From Peribolospora baueri (Eukaryota): a stretch of DNA of 20,000 nt. A program made the translations under genes and the position numbers. The notes beneath the pieces are model-generated. The model saw nothing but the letters and a program-made list of their open reading frames with translations, was not told the DNA's origin and searched no databases. The stretch spans positions 666,431-686,430 of the forward strand of contig JAMDHS010000001.1 of NCBI GenBank assembly GCA_029717555.1, read 5' to 3'. Positions 1-10,200 of this stretch are shown piece after piece (position 1 is the stretch's first letter; each line of letters begins with the position of its first letter).

Positions 1-671
1 ATCCGTCACCAATCGTTGGTTGGTCAGACACGAGTGACAAAACATCGACTTGAAGCCCGGGGCCGGACCGGTTTGTTCGCGGAAGGGGGATGAGGAGGAA
101 AGAGAGGAACGGCGAGCGGCGGTCCAGGACGCCGTGAACGAGTGAGACGATGGCGCGCCTGACGGAGACGTACGTCCACGTCAGTACACACGAGACATCG
201 TCACGCTCCCGCCCGTCAACGAGATCTGCTTGCTCACCTCGCTTTGCAAACGTCTCCTCGTTCAGAGCCGGATCGTGCATGGCCGGCTCATCCGAGAGGA
301 TTTGGCCGTTCTACATGAATGCAGGACAGAAACGAGTGAGCATCGCTTGGCTGTGAGCGACAAGCGATGCCGCTGGACGACGACGACGGACGTACCTCGT
401 CCGTTCGGTTCCAGCAACCGCACGCACCGCAATACCAACTTCTGGGAGTCCCGACAGCGGTCTGCGCCTCATCGATCTCCGCTTCTTTGCCCTTGCCCTT
501 CACATCCGAGCTGCCCCTAGAGCGCCCAAAGTCTGGATCGTACGTGGCGGAACTTGAGGGAGAACGCGAGCGGTCCGAAGGCGGTAGCGGCGGCACGAGC
601 ACGGCGGGGGTGAGGCAGAAAAAGCAGGTCACGCGCGGGAAAGGGCTCCGACGGCGAAGGAGGAAGGACAT
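1..671 (-). CDS. IMA1: Ima1/Samp1(TMEM201)-like inner nuclear membrane protein, N-terminal zinc-finger region; 3'-partial. Exons 671-396, 310-238, 158-<1
   Basis: ATG at 671. Translation MSFLLRRRSPFPRVTCFFC...WYCGACGCWNRTDE|NGQILSDEPAMHDPALNEETFAKRG|APSS...MFCHSCLTNQRLVTD contains three CxxC pairs in the Ima1_N arrangement. Introns 395-311 (GTACGT..TAG) and 237-159 (GTGAGC..CTGAC..CAG) keep the frame open to the window edge. Confidence 0.85.
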
Positions 672-1007
672 GTCGGTCGGTCGGAGCTGGAGCGAGCGTC
701 GCCCATGCAACGCCGTCTCGTATAGGACGAGGGAAGGACGCGTGAAGGCGTTGTATTGAACGAGGGCGAGAGCGAAGGTGGTGGTGGTAACGCTGCCGGT
801 GGTCGCCGGCTAAGGCAGGGAAAGCACAAGCGTTGCTGCGGCCGATCGTTTGGCGTACCTTGAATGGTCGTTATTTGATTGTCAACCTTTGAAAGACGCA
901 TGCGGACGAAATCAACGCGGCTCTGATCCAATTACTCTCAACCCAGGTAGCCCGCCCGCCCTTCGTGCGAGTGACTGACTGACTTGCGTGCTACGAACAA
1001 ATGCAGT
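672..1007. promoter_or_regulatory. Short divergent intergenic region, probable bidirectional promoter
   Basis: Start codons at 671 (-) and 1008 (+) are head-to-head, 336 bp apart, with an AT-richer core around 860-900. Confidence 0.5.
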
Positions 1008-1910
1008 ATGCCCCTCACACCAGTGCCTTTTTCGCTCCCCACCGCCGCGCGTCGTTCGATCTACACCGTGTCCGCAGACTCGCCCTCGGTGCTCGCCTCC
1101 GATCCCCACGCTACCAACGGACACGTAGTGGACAGAAGGACGACCATCGTCTTCCAGGACGTGTGCGGCTCCGCGACTCCGTCTGCTCCTTCTGACGGGC
1201 AAGATGCCGGGCGCAAGCGATGGAGCATCCAAGGCCCTGGGCCTGTCAGCAAGCTGACGATCTGTGAGCCTTCGGCGTTGCCTTTGTCCGCGTCGAAGGC
1301 CATGAGCCGACGGACGGCGGACATGGCGATCGTCGTTCTTTTTCCTCTGACCGCATATCGCTAATGATTGGCGTGGGTCGAGCGGTCGACGTTCACCGTT
1401 CACCGTGCTCTCTTCTCCTTTCCATCCCCGCCCGCCCGGCCCTGACAGACCGCTCGCATGACCTCCACGTCCATCTTTCCACACGCCTGCTGACATCGAC
1501 GCTGGAGCTCTTCGACTCGAGCAGACTCATGCTCGTCATCGACCTACCTCCCGACCCGGCAGAGACGACGGGGCCTCGGCACGAACGCCAACGCCAAGGC
1601 GAGCCATCTTCCCCGGGCGCGACTACGACGTACTCCAAATTAGGCACGCTTCAGCTTGACCCGCCGCTGCGCGACGTCACGATCCGGTTCGCGAGACCAG
1701 AGGTGGTGGGCGCTCTCGTGTTTGCACCGAAGCGAGGACGGAGAAGGGGAGAAGCGCTCCGCGAAGACGGGGATGGGCGGGCGATCTCGAGTTTGACCAC
1801 GGGCGGCAGCAGCTTGACGGTGGAAGAAGCGGGAAGGAGAACGTATTTCGCGCAAGACGGGGGCCGGGCCTCTGTGCGTGGGTTCAGGAACGTGTGCATA
1901 GAGGTGGAGC

Positions 1911-1941
<31 letters not shown>

Positions 1942-2416
1942 AGATGACGACGAAGGAGGCCTCAGGCATGCGCGTTCGCTATTGCGCTTCTATTTGGACG
2001 AGCCAAGCTACGACCAAGCCAGCTTGGAGGGCACGGAGGAGGAGGAGGAGGACGACGACGACGACGGTGCGTGGCGGAACCGAAGCGAGCCAGAACAGTT
2101 CGTCTTGCGCCTCGCCCCTCCTTCTTCTCCTTCAACCGCCGCTCTCGCCGTCGCCGCCGCCGATCCTCTCGTCGACCCGAACGGCGAGACGGTCACCGTC
2201 GTCTCCCCCGTACGGTGGCGGTGGGTGTGCGAGCCGCTGACGAGGAGGGAGGGGTCCGGGTACCCGGTGTTGCCGTCTTCCCCGGCCGCCGCTTCCGGTG
2301 TCCAAGCTGGTGGTGGGACGGTGGTCGGAGCGAACGGTGGAGGTGGGGAAGGGGGTGGTAATGGCGGAGAGAAAGGGCGTGCACCAAAGAGGATGATGGG
2401 CAATGTAGGACGCTGA
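1008..2416 (+). CDS. Uncharacterised ~407-aa protein with a CAP C-terminal/cofactor C-like beta-helix and acidic insertions. Exons 1008-1263, 1449-2416
   Basis: Intron 1264-1448 (GTGAGC..CAG) joins the two ORFs in frame, giving TIVFQDV...VSKLTIYRSHDLHVHLSTRLLTSTLELFDSSRLMLVID...KLGTLQLDPPLRDVTIRF, an alternating beta-strand pattern like CAP_C coils. C-terminal EQFVLRL...EPLTRREGSGYP. The gene model is more secure than the domain call. Confidence 0.6.
1913..1939 (+). repeat. (GAC)9 coding microsatellite (poly-Asp); a second (GAG)5(GAC)5 run lies at 2036-2065
   Basis: Direct reading of the sequence. Confidence 0.9.
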
Positions 2417-2811
2417 GTCGCCACTTGGCTGCCCCCCCCCCCATTCTTTGCGACGTGAACCCGGCAGCAGGGCCCGCTGGCTGACGCTCTGAGACTCAGC
2501 TACTTGGACTTCTTCCTTTCCATCGATTCTAGAGGTATATACGAAAGGGCCTCGCGAGACAACCCTTTGCCAGAACGCACAGCGAGTTTTTTTTTCTTCT
2601 TCTCCTTTTATCGGTCAGTGGTATAGAAAAGTAATGGGGGTTCCGAGAGCACGGAAGAAGGGATGTAAAAAATGCCGAGGGGGGGTCCAAGCGCTCGAGC
2701 TGGCGCTTTGGCCGCATTCGAGCAGGGAAAGAAAACGTCAAAGGGGACGGAACGGAGCAGAACGGTGTCGAAAGTCGTACGAAAAGGGCAGGAGCTGATC
2801 GGGGGAAGACT

Positions 2812-5264
2812 TCAATGAGCCTCACTCTTACTCTTTCCCTCGACCTTCTCCGTCGCCGCCGCCACCGAAGTGCGGCTGACGACGGGCGCGACGCCGTCGG
2901 CGAGGCGATCCGCCACGCCCAGCCGCTTGATCGTGTCCTCGTCAATGTTGCTTCGCGGACCAGTGTACCACCGATGGGCGAAGAAGAAGTACCAGAGTCC
3001 GGTGATGATGAGCACGCCTCCCGTGATGACGATGGCACTGGTGAACGAAGCGAAGCAGTATTGTCAGCGACGATTTGAAAAAGGGTCGTGCGGAAAACTG
3101 AAAGGAAGACGCGCAATGCAGCAGACTCACTAGTTCATGTTGCTCTTGTCGACCGGGAGAGTGGTGGGCAGGATGAGAATGATGCATTCAAAGGCAGTCC
3201 ACAGCGCGGCGGTGATGTTGACGAACCGAGACAGCTTCCCGCGTCCAAGAGTGAACGGACCGGGCTCGAACTGAACGTCCGGGTGGTCTTGCCAGATCTC
3301 TGCGACACGGGGAGCGGCGAAGAGAAATCTTCGATGAGTTCTCCACTCGAGCAGGCTCACAGTATGGAGCAAGAGCACTCACGACGGCATACGATGGGAA
3401 TGAGGTAGCTGCTGTCCATGCCGACGGCGGCGAGAGCACTACAAGCACGAACACAAGCACGCACAACCCAACTCCGATCAGCGTTTTTTCCCTCTCTTAT
3501 TGAAAAACGTCGGATGAGCGACTCACAAGATAGCTTCCACGGCGATGTAGGACGCAAAGTCAAGGCAACCCATGGCGATGCAGCCGAGGACGACGAGCCA
3601 GACGGCGTTGACGGGCGTCTGGGTGAACCGGTTCATCTTTGCGAAGAAGCCGCGGTCGGGCATTCCGCCGTCACGAGAGAAGGCATAGAAGGAACGCGCG
3701 TTGGCTTGGAGGGCGGTGGTGACGACGCTAGGGGAGGGGAAGGCGGAGAAGGCGCAAGAGAGTCTCATCAGGGTCGGCAGCTCGATACGGAAGGACGGCG
3801 CACGGGGACACAACGACCCACAAGAAAGCGACGGCGCAGATGAAAGGCCAGATGACGAGGAAGCCGACTTGGCCAGTGCGTTCGTACAGGATCTCGGCGA
3901 ACGCGAGTCCGCCCTGCCAGGTGTCAATGCTGCCGTTCTGAGCATCATCGAATGAGAGAACAGAGGCGAAGAGAGGGCGACGTCAGCACGGGGAAAACGG
4001 GAATGGATGCTGGTCGGCTTTGAAGACTCACAATGACGTCGCCGGAGCAAATAATGACGACGATGTTAAGGATAAAACCGGCCAAACCGGTGCCGGCGAC
4101 GGCCACGAAAATGGCCACGGGGGCAGCGACAGCGGCGCGCTTGACCTCCTCGGAGATGTGAGCGGTAGCGTCGTAATCAGTCATGACGAACTGGACGCAG
4201 TAGAGTCCGAACAGGAAGGCCAGGCCATTGCTCGACCAGCCGCTGCCGTTCTGGATGTTTCCGAAGGTGTATGCGGCGCTGTGCATCTCGTTACGTGGGG
4301 TCATGGCGAGGAGGGTAATGATCGTCACGAGGGTGATGCCAAGGTTGACGAACACCTGCAGGAAGGGCGGGAAAGAGCATGACGTCGGCGGTAAGCGAAG
4401 GAAGGACGTCAAGGTGGGGGATCAAGATGAAAATCTCGATCACAAACAGGCCTTCGTCGTCCGACGTCGACACACTCATCCATCGTTCGGTCACTCACAT
4501 ATCCGCTGGTCATGCGCGCAAGGAACTTGGTGCCGAAGCAGTTGAGCAAGCCGTGGATGACGAGCAGACCGATGTACACGCCAACCAACTCGCCCGAAGA
4601 GACGTTGTAGCCGCCCTTGGCCACAGAGACGTAGGCCCAGATCATTTGACTTGTTTAGATGGGAAGGAGGCGGAGGGAAGAGGGGGAGGACAGCCGGAAT
4701 GGCTCGTCAACGTGCTTGGCCGATATATGCGCAAGCTCGCGCGCCAACTCACCTGAGACCGAACTCTGTGCCGGCGATGCCGGCGATCTGACCCGTGAGG
4801 TTGAGCCATCCGGTGACCCATGCGACGCGAGCCCTGTACTTGCGAGGTACGACGCGGGCGCTGGCGGTGTAGAGACCGCCGTTGGAAGGATAGGCGGAGA
4901 CGAGCTCGGCGATGGCGGTACCGAGGCAGAGGTTCATGATGCTGCCGATGAGCCACGTCCACACGACGGAGGCGGGACCGCCGAGGCTGAAGGGCGAGTT
5001 GAAAGTGGTAGCGACGGAGGAGATGAGGCCCATGATAGAGAAGGCGAAGGAGATGGTGGAAAGGCTCTTGAACTCGCGCTTGAAGTCGGACTTGTAGCCC
5101 AGGGCGGCCAGGCGGGCCTCATCGTCATCGAAAGAGTCACCGCGGCGGGAGCCGGTCTCGAGGTGCGAGTCGCCGAGGCGGAGGGAGCGCACGGAGCCTT
5201 CGTGCGAGGGTCGCACGGCGGCGCTGGAACCGTCGTCCTTCTTGGGAGAGGTGGTGGAAGACAT
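2812..5264 (-). CDS. APC-superfamily amino acid/GABA/polyamine/choline permease (UGA4/TPO5/HNM1-like), ~584 aa. Exons 5264-4753, 4649-4499, 4355-4032, 3937-3822, 3727-3527, 3438-3383, 3299-3131, 3037-2812
   Basis: Family motifs LAALGYKSDFKREF, FAFSIMG, GGPASVVW, AELVSAYPSNGGLY, WVTGWLN, YDATAHISEE, RSFYAFSRDGGMP, PVNAVW, PGPFTLG, NMNYA. Seven GT-AG introns give a 1755-nt open frame with many hydrophobic helices. Substrate cannot be determined from sequence. Confidence 0.93.
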
Positions 5265-5552
5265 GGCGGAGGAAGGATAAAGGACTGGAGACAGGGGCAG
5301 AAGAGAGGGGGGGAGGTGGTTCGGCCGAGGGATTGAAGGAGGGGGAAGGGAGATGGAAAGGACAGAAATGAAGAAAGCGGAGCCGATGGTGAAGACGGTG
5401 AGGAGGCGTCGACCTAGCGAGCGAGGCGGACGGCGGAGGATAGATAAGCCACGAGACACGGTGCGCGGTCGAGGGTAAGAGAGAAAGGAGACTCTAGGCG
5501 TCCCGTGCGGAGGCAGGGACCAGGATGAGCAAGCGATCAAGGAACCAGGCTG

Positions 5553-5572
5553 TATATATATATATATATATA
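5553..5572. repeat. (TA)10 microsatellite, possibly a TATA element of the permease promoter
   Basis: Lies ~290 bp upstream of the permease ATG and is followed on the minus strand by a pyrimidine-rich leader with no upstream ATG. Confidence 0.8.
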
Positions 5573-7226
5573 TGGGGCTGGCTTGGGGGGGTCGAGTGAA
5601 GAGAAGGAAGTGGACAGCTGGGGTCAGCGGCGGGCAGAAGAAAAGAGAGCGCGACACGATACGGCGACCGACCGACCTCGGAGCATGCCGTCGGCCGGCG
5701 GGCGATAGACGAGCGCGACGTCGAGCATCGAGCTTCACAACCTTCCATTCCAGTCCAGCGCCGTCCATTCCAGTCCACTCCGTCCAGGCCGTCAACGCAA
5801 AGGTAGAGGACGGCAGGTTGGCAGGACGCAGCTCATGACGGGCGAGAGGGGTGGACGGACGGGACGGGAGGAGCGGTGGCGACGCGACACGGACGGCAAC
5901 GGTTCATGCTGGATGCGACATTGTACTCACCTCGAGGGCAATCGACGGGGTCAGACGTGCGTGACGCCGGCGTATCGTATAGGACAGCGGCGGTGGCGGT
6001 GGAAGGTGGTGGTGGCGGGGTCGTCGTTAGGCGAGGTGGTGTTGGATGAAGTCAGCCTGGTTAAGTATGGGGAAGGCACAGGCGGAGGAAAGGAAAAGGC
6101 GGTGGACCATCATCTGTTGCGTGCAAGTGACATGCGGCTCTATTTTTTCCTCTCCTCTCCTCTCACCGTGCGTTCGTTGCTCCTCTGCGCTCGCCGCCTG
6201 CCTCTCTGCCCTCTCTCTTCGGCGCTCGCTGCTCGTTGCTAGTTGCTCTCTTCTTTTTTTTCCTACCCACCTGCACCCGCCTGTCCTGCGTCCGAGGGCG
6301 GATGGGGGAAGCGAGAGCGAGCCGGGGCGGCGGGCGGGAAAAAGAATCCGGCGGTCTGCGACTTGGCCGTCGCAAGTTATTGCGCGCGCGGTCGTGGTGG
6401 TCTCAAGCGGAATGAGATATCCTTCCGGTTTGGGTCAAGGCTCGCACGGCAATGTGACGTTATAGTGCTTCTCACAAAGTTCCATAGTCAACTCACTCAA
6501 AGCACTCGGGAAATGGGCTTTTCTACGCAGGGAGCAGGAACGAGCCGACGAGTTCTTTGCAGATATTGATTGATGCCGCGATGTCATCGGGTACAGTTGA
6601 AACGCCATCCGCCGTCCCCACCGTACACACTCGCCCTTTCTATCACGTACCTCCGCCTCTGCCCTTAGCCCCCCCGCCTTCCGTCGCTTAGCTGTTAGGA
6701 ACCGACGCGTGCTTTCATCATCGAAGGCGAGAGGGGAAGTAGAAAACAGCCAGGATTCGTTCGAAAGCGGGGAGAGAGCCAAAACGAGGGAGGGATACAG
6801 TGGTCGGCGGGGTTACAAGCTCGGGTCGTCGCGAGGGAACACGCAAGGGCGAAAAAAAAGACAGTCGGCAATGATGGACGGAATCGAGGGCATACAAATG
6901 GGAGGAACGACGGATTTGAGCACAGACAAAGGAGAGCGCTCGGTGAGGCCCACTGTCGGCGGGCACGAGCGCCCGCCAGCTCGGCGCCCTTGCAGAGCAC
7001 CATCGGAAAACGAAAACGGGACGAGGGATGATGCGGACCGAGAAGGAAAAGATAGACAACACAACCACAAACAAGTACAGAACATGACCGACCGATGACA
7101 GACCGCCGGTACCCACCCAGCGGATCGAAGGCGAATGCAATCGCCTCCCACGCCACGCCGAGTCTACCCAGGCGGCCTGGCCATCTCATGACACACAAAC
7201 GAACCGTCAAAACTTGAACATGGCGA

Positions 7227-10200
7227 TCAAGCGATGAGGCAACTCCTACCGTCGTACTCGTCCAAATCAGGCGGGCTCTCACTCCCTCTTGGCGTCGAAG
7301 CGCCCTCGCCCGCATCGCCGCCCGCATCGCCGCCCGCCTCGCGCCCCGCGCGGCTGGGATTACCACCGCCCGACCCGCCCGCCCTGGAGCCAGAACCCGA
7401 GGCCGAGTCCGAGCCAGAGGCAGAGGCAGAGCCCAAGCCAGAGCCCAAGCCAGAGCCCAAGCCAGAACCAGAGCCGGATGTTGCACTGACTCCACCGCTG
7501 GGCGAGGAACTGGGCGACAAAGGCATGCCGAGCGAGGCAAGCGTGCGCACCCAACTCCTTCTCGCTGCCGCCCCTCCTCCACTGGGATCAGAAGATGCAT
7601 TGGGGGAAGAAGAAGAGGGGGGGGACGTGTTCCCACTTCGCCTGGCTCGGCCCAGCATCCAGCCTCCACTCGCGCGGTGGGAGGTGGAATTGCCGGCGGG
7701 AGTGGTGCGCAGGGCGCGTGCTCGGAGGCGGGCGAGAGCGTGGTTGCGGGAGTCGACGGACTGCCAGGACCAGAAGGAATGGAGTACCACCTGCATTTGG
7801 TGTGCGGATCAAAACGCGTCGCGAAGAGGAGCCTGTCAGCGAACCTGATACGATGGCGATCGTCAACGAAATACGATCGTTGCGTGCAATCCCACCTTAT
7901 CCTCGTCGCATTCCCCCAGCTCCTTCCCAGCTTGCCCCTCCTCCTCTTCCATGTACCCCGCCCAAGCCCATTCCCATCCCCTCCTCCCCGCTCGCGGTCT
8001 CGTCTGCCCTCCTCCGCTGCTGCCGCCGGCCAGTTCGTTCACGACCCCTCGGCCGATGGAGCGGCAGTCGACGACGGAGAGGAGCATCGTATCTAGTTCT
8101 CTCTTCTGCGCCCGCAACGTCGCCAACGCCGACGAGGGTGATGAAGGCGGCGAAGGGGAAGCCGGCCGGTTGTTGCCGCCTGAGAACGACTGTCCAGCTG
8201 CGGAAGCGGCAGCAGCGGCGGTCAGGGCATCGAACCGCCTGCGCCGACTAAGCTTGACAAACTCTTGCACCACTGCGTCCGTAGCTTTCGTCCCATCGAT
8301 TTCAAGGTGAACCAGCCTGTGACACGAACGGATGAGGCTCAGCATCGCCGCGGCGCTGGGGCCCGTGCAAGACGAGATGAGCAGGTGCGTCAGGTATTCG
8401 CCCGCGTGCGGCGGTTCCTCCCGCCGCATGCGCACTATCCTGCGGACCGCCGGTGGCCTTGGTGACGCCCTTCCTGGCGGCCGTGCGAGGTGGGAACGTG
8501 CGTTACTGCTGCTGCTGCCGCCGCTATCAGAGGTGCCGCCGCGCGCGGAGAAAGCCGCGGAAGAGGTAGAGGCTGAAGGCCCCGCGACGGAATGGGCGGC
8601 GGCGGCGGCGTGAGCGGCCGCGCTCACAGCTGCTCCTACCGTTCGCCCTATGCCCAGGGTCCTATGACGATCCGGATTGACATCATCCGACGTCGAAGGG
8701 GGTGTCAACGCGCTGAGCGTGCGATCGCCAATCTCGGCGTCCTCAAGGTCGACCTTGCGAATGTACGGCGTCGTACCGAACAGCCTGACCAGCCCTGCCT
8801 GCTTGACTGCCGCGCCAATGCCCGCCAGCTCAAACGTCTCGAGCTTGGGCACGGCGTGGGCGAGGTAGCTGGCCGCTTTGTCGGTAAGACGCATGCAGTT
8901 CGAGAGGCAGACGTTTCGCAGCTTCGTGACCCGACGCGCGTACTTTGTCGGCGAAGCGGGGTCGAGGCCTACCTGCTGAGAAGTCAGAACCACGACGTCC
9001 GTCTCGTGCTCAGCGGATGAAGCCGACAACGGCACGTCGACAAAGGCCGCTATCGAATCATCGGTGAGTCCAAAGGCCGCCGAGAGGTCGAGGCTTATCA
9101 ACTCTGGGCATCTTTGACCCAGCAGGGACAGGAATGGAATCCACTCTGACTCGTGACTCATCATCAAACGAGATGCGAGTAGAGACTTGAGGTTAGTGAG
9201 CCTTAGCGGCTTCCACCTCCCATCCATCACCGTCTTACCGTCGTCTTCTCTCAAAGCACGCCAAAGCCCATCAGCGTCGACGGAGCTATGGGAAACGTCG
9301 AGCCTCTCCAAGGCCAGAGCGGTCGCGGCCAAAAGACTTACGGCCTCGTTACCGAAGCACTTGAGTCCCTTGAAGGACGCGTTGACGAGCTGAGGCGAGC
9401 GAGTGATGAGGAATTTCAAAGAGGAGGCGGTGAGAGAGTGCGTGCCTTCGAGGTCGATAGTCCTCAGCGAGGTGAACGGCTGGCGCAGTGGAGTAGAGAC
9501 CGGAGGACTCTCGCGGGTAGAGGATTCGGCCTGAGGCTCGTCGGGTTCGGAAACCGTCTCCTGGCCGGCACACTCTTGAACCAGCAATTCGAGTTCTTTC
9601 CCGGTCAAGTTGCACATCCCTCTCAGATCGAGCGTCCGGATGAACGGTCCGGCATGAGACGCCACGCGGAGCAACAACGACTTTGGTATCGATGCGTGGT
9701 CCTCGCTGGGGAAGGCGAAGGGCGAGGCATCGAGCGAAATCCAGAGCTGGCCGTCCAGGCACAGAGACAGGAAGGAGGTCGAAACCTACAATGAAAGTAA
9801 AGAACGACGTGGCAGGACATATCTGTCGAAAGTCAGAAATCGGGGAGAGAATCCTCAACCTTTCAACCGTTCATGCCTTGCCCAGCGTCGAAATTCAAAC
9901 TTACCCGGCTTAGCCTTACGAGCTCCTTGACAGCTGCCTCCTTACCACGCCACCTCGCCTTCTTGGTTATTGCACCCTTCCACTTCCCGGTGGCGACAGC
10001 TTCGTCATGTTCCTCCTCGTGGAGACACACGAGCCATTTCAGGATGTAAAGGCGCACCTCGCGCGGGAGCATGTTAGTGAACAGGTCCGGTTTTGTCTCC
10101 TCTTCGACCTGAGGAATAGCCTCCAACCCCTCCTTGACCCCGGCTTCGACGGGGCCATAGTTGAGGGGCACGCTAGAGGTCGAGGCAGACGCAGGGTCAG

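Noticed and set aside
4659..5336. 225-aa plus-strand ORF and similar antisense ORFs throughout the window
   Set aside because: Antisense shadows produced by high-GC codon usage; no recognisable motifs.
5265..5795. 177-aa N-terminal extension of the permease in the ORF track
   Set aside because: Non-ATG start, runs through the (TA)10 repeat and a CT-rich leader; ATG 5264 has a good GCC-ATG context.
7234..7848. 204-aa plus-strand ORF with TonB-like EPKPEPKP repeats
   Set aside because: It is the antisense shadow of the Gly/Ser-rich last exon of the F-box gene, which has proper splice signals and a CaaX end.
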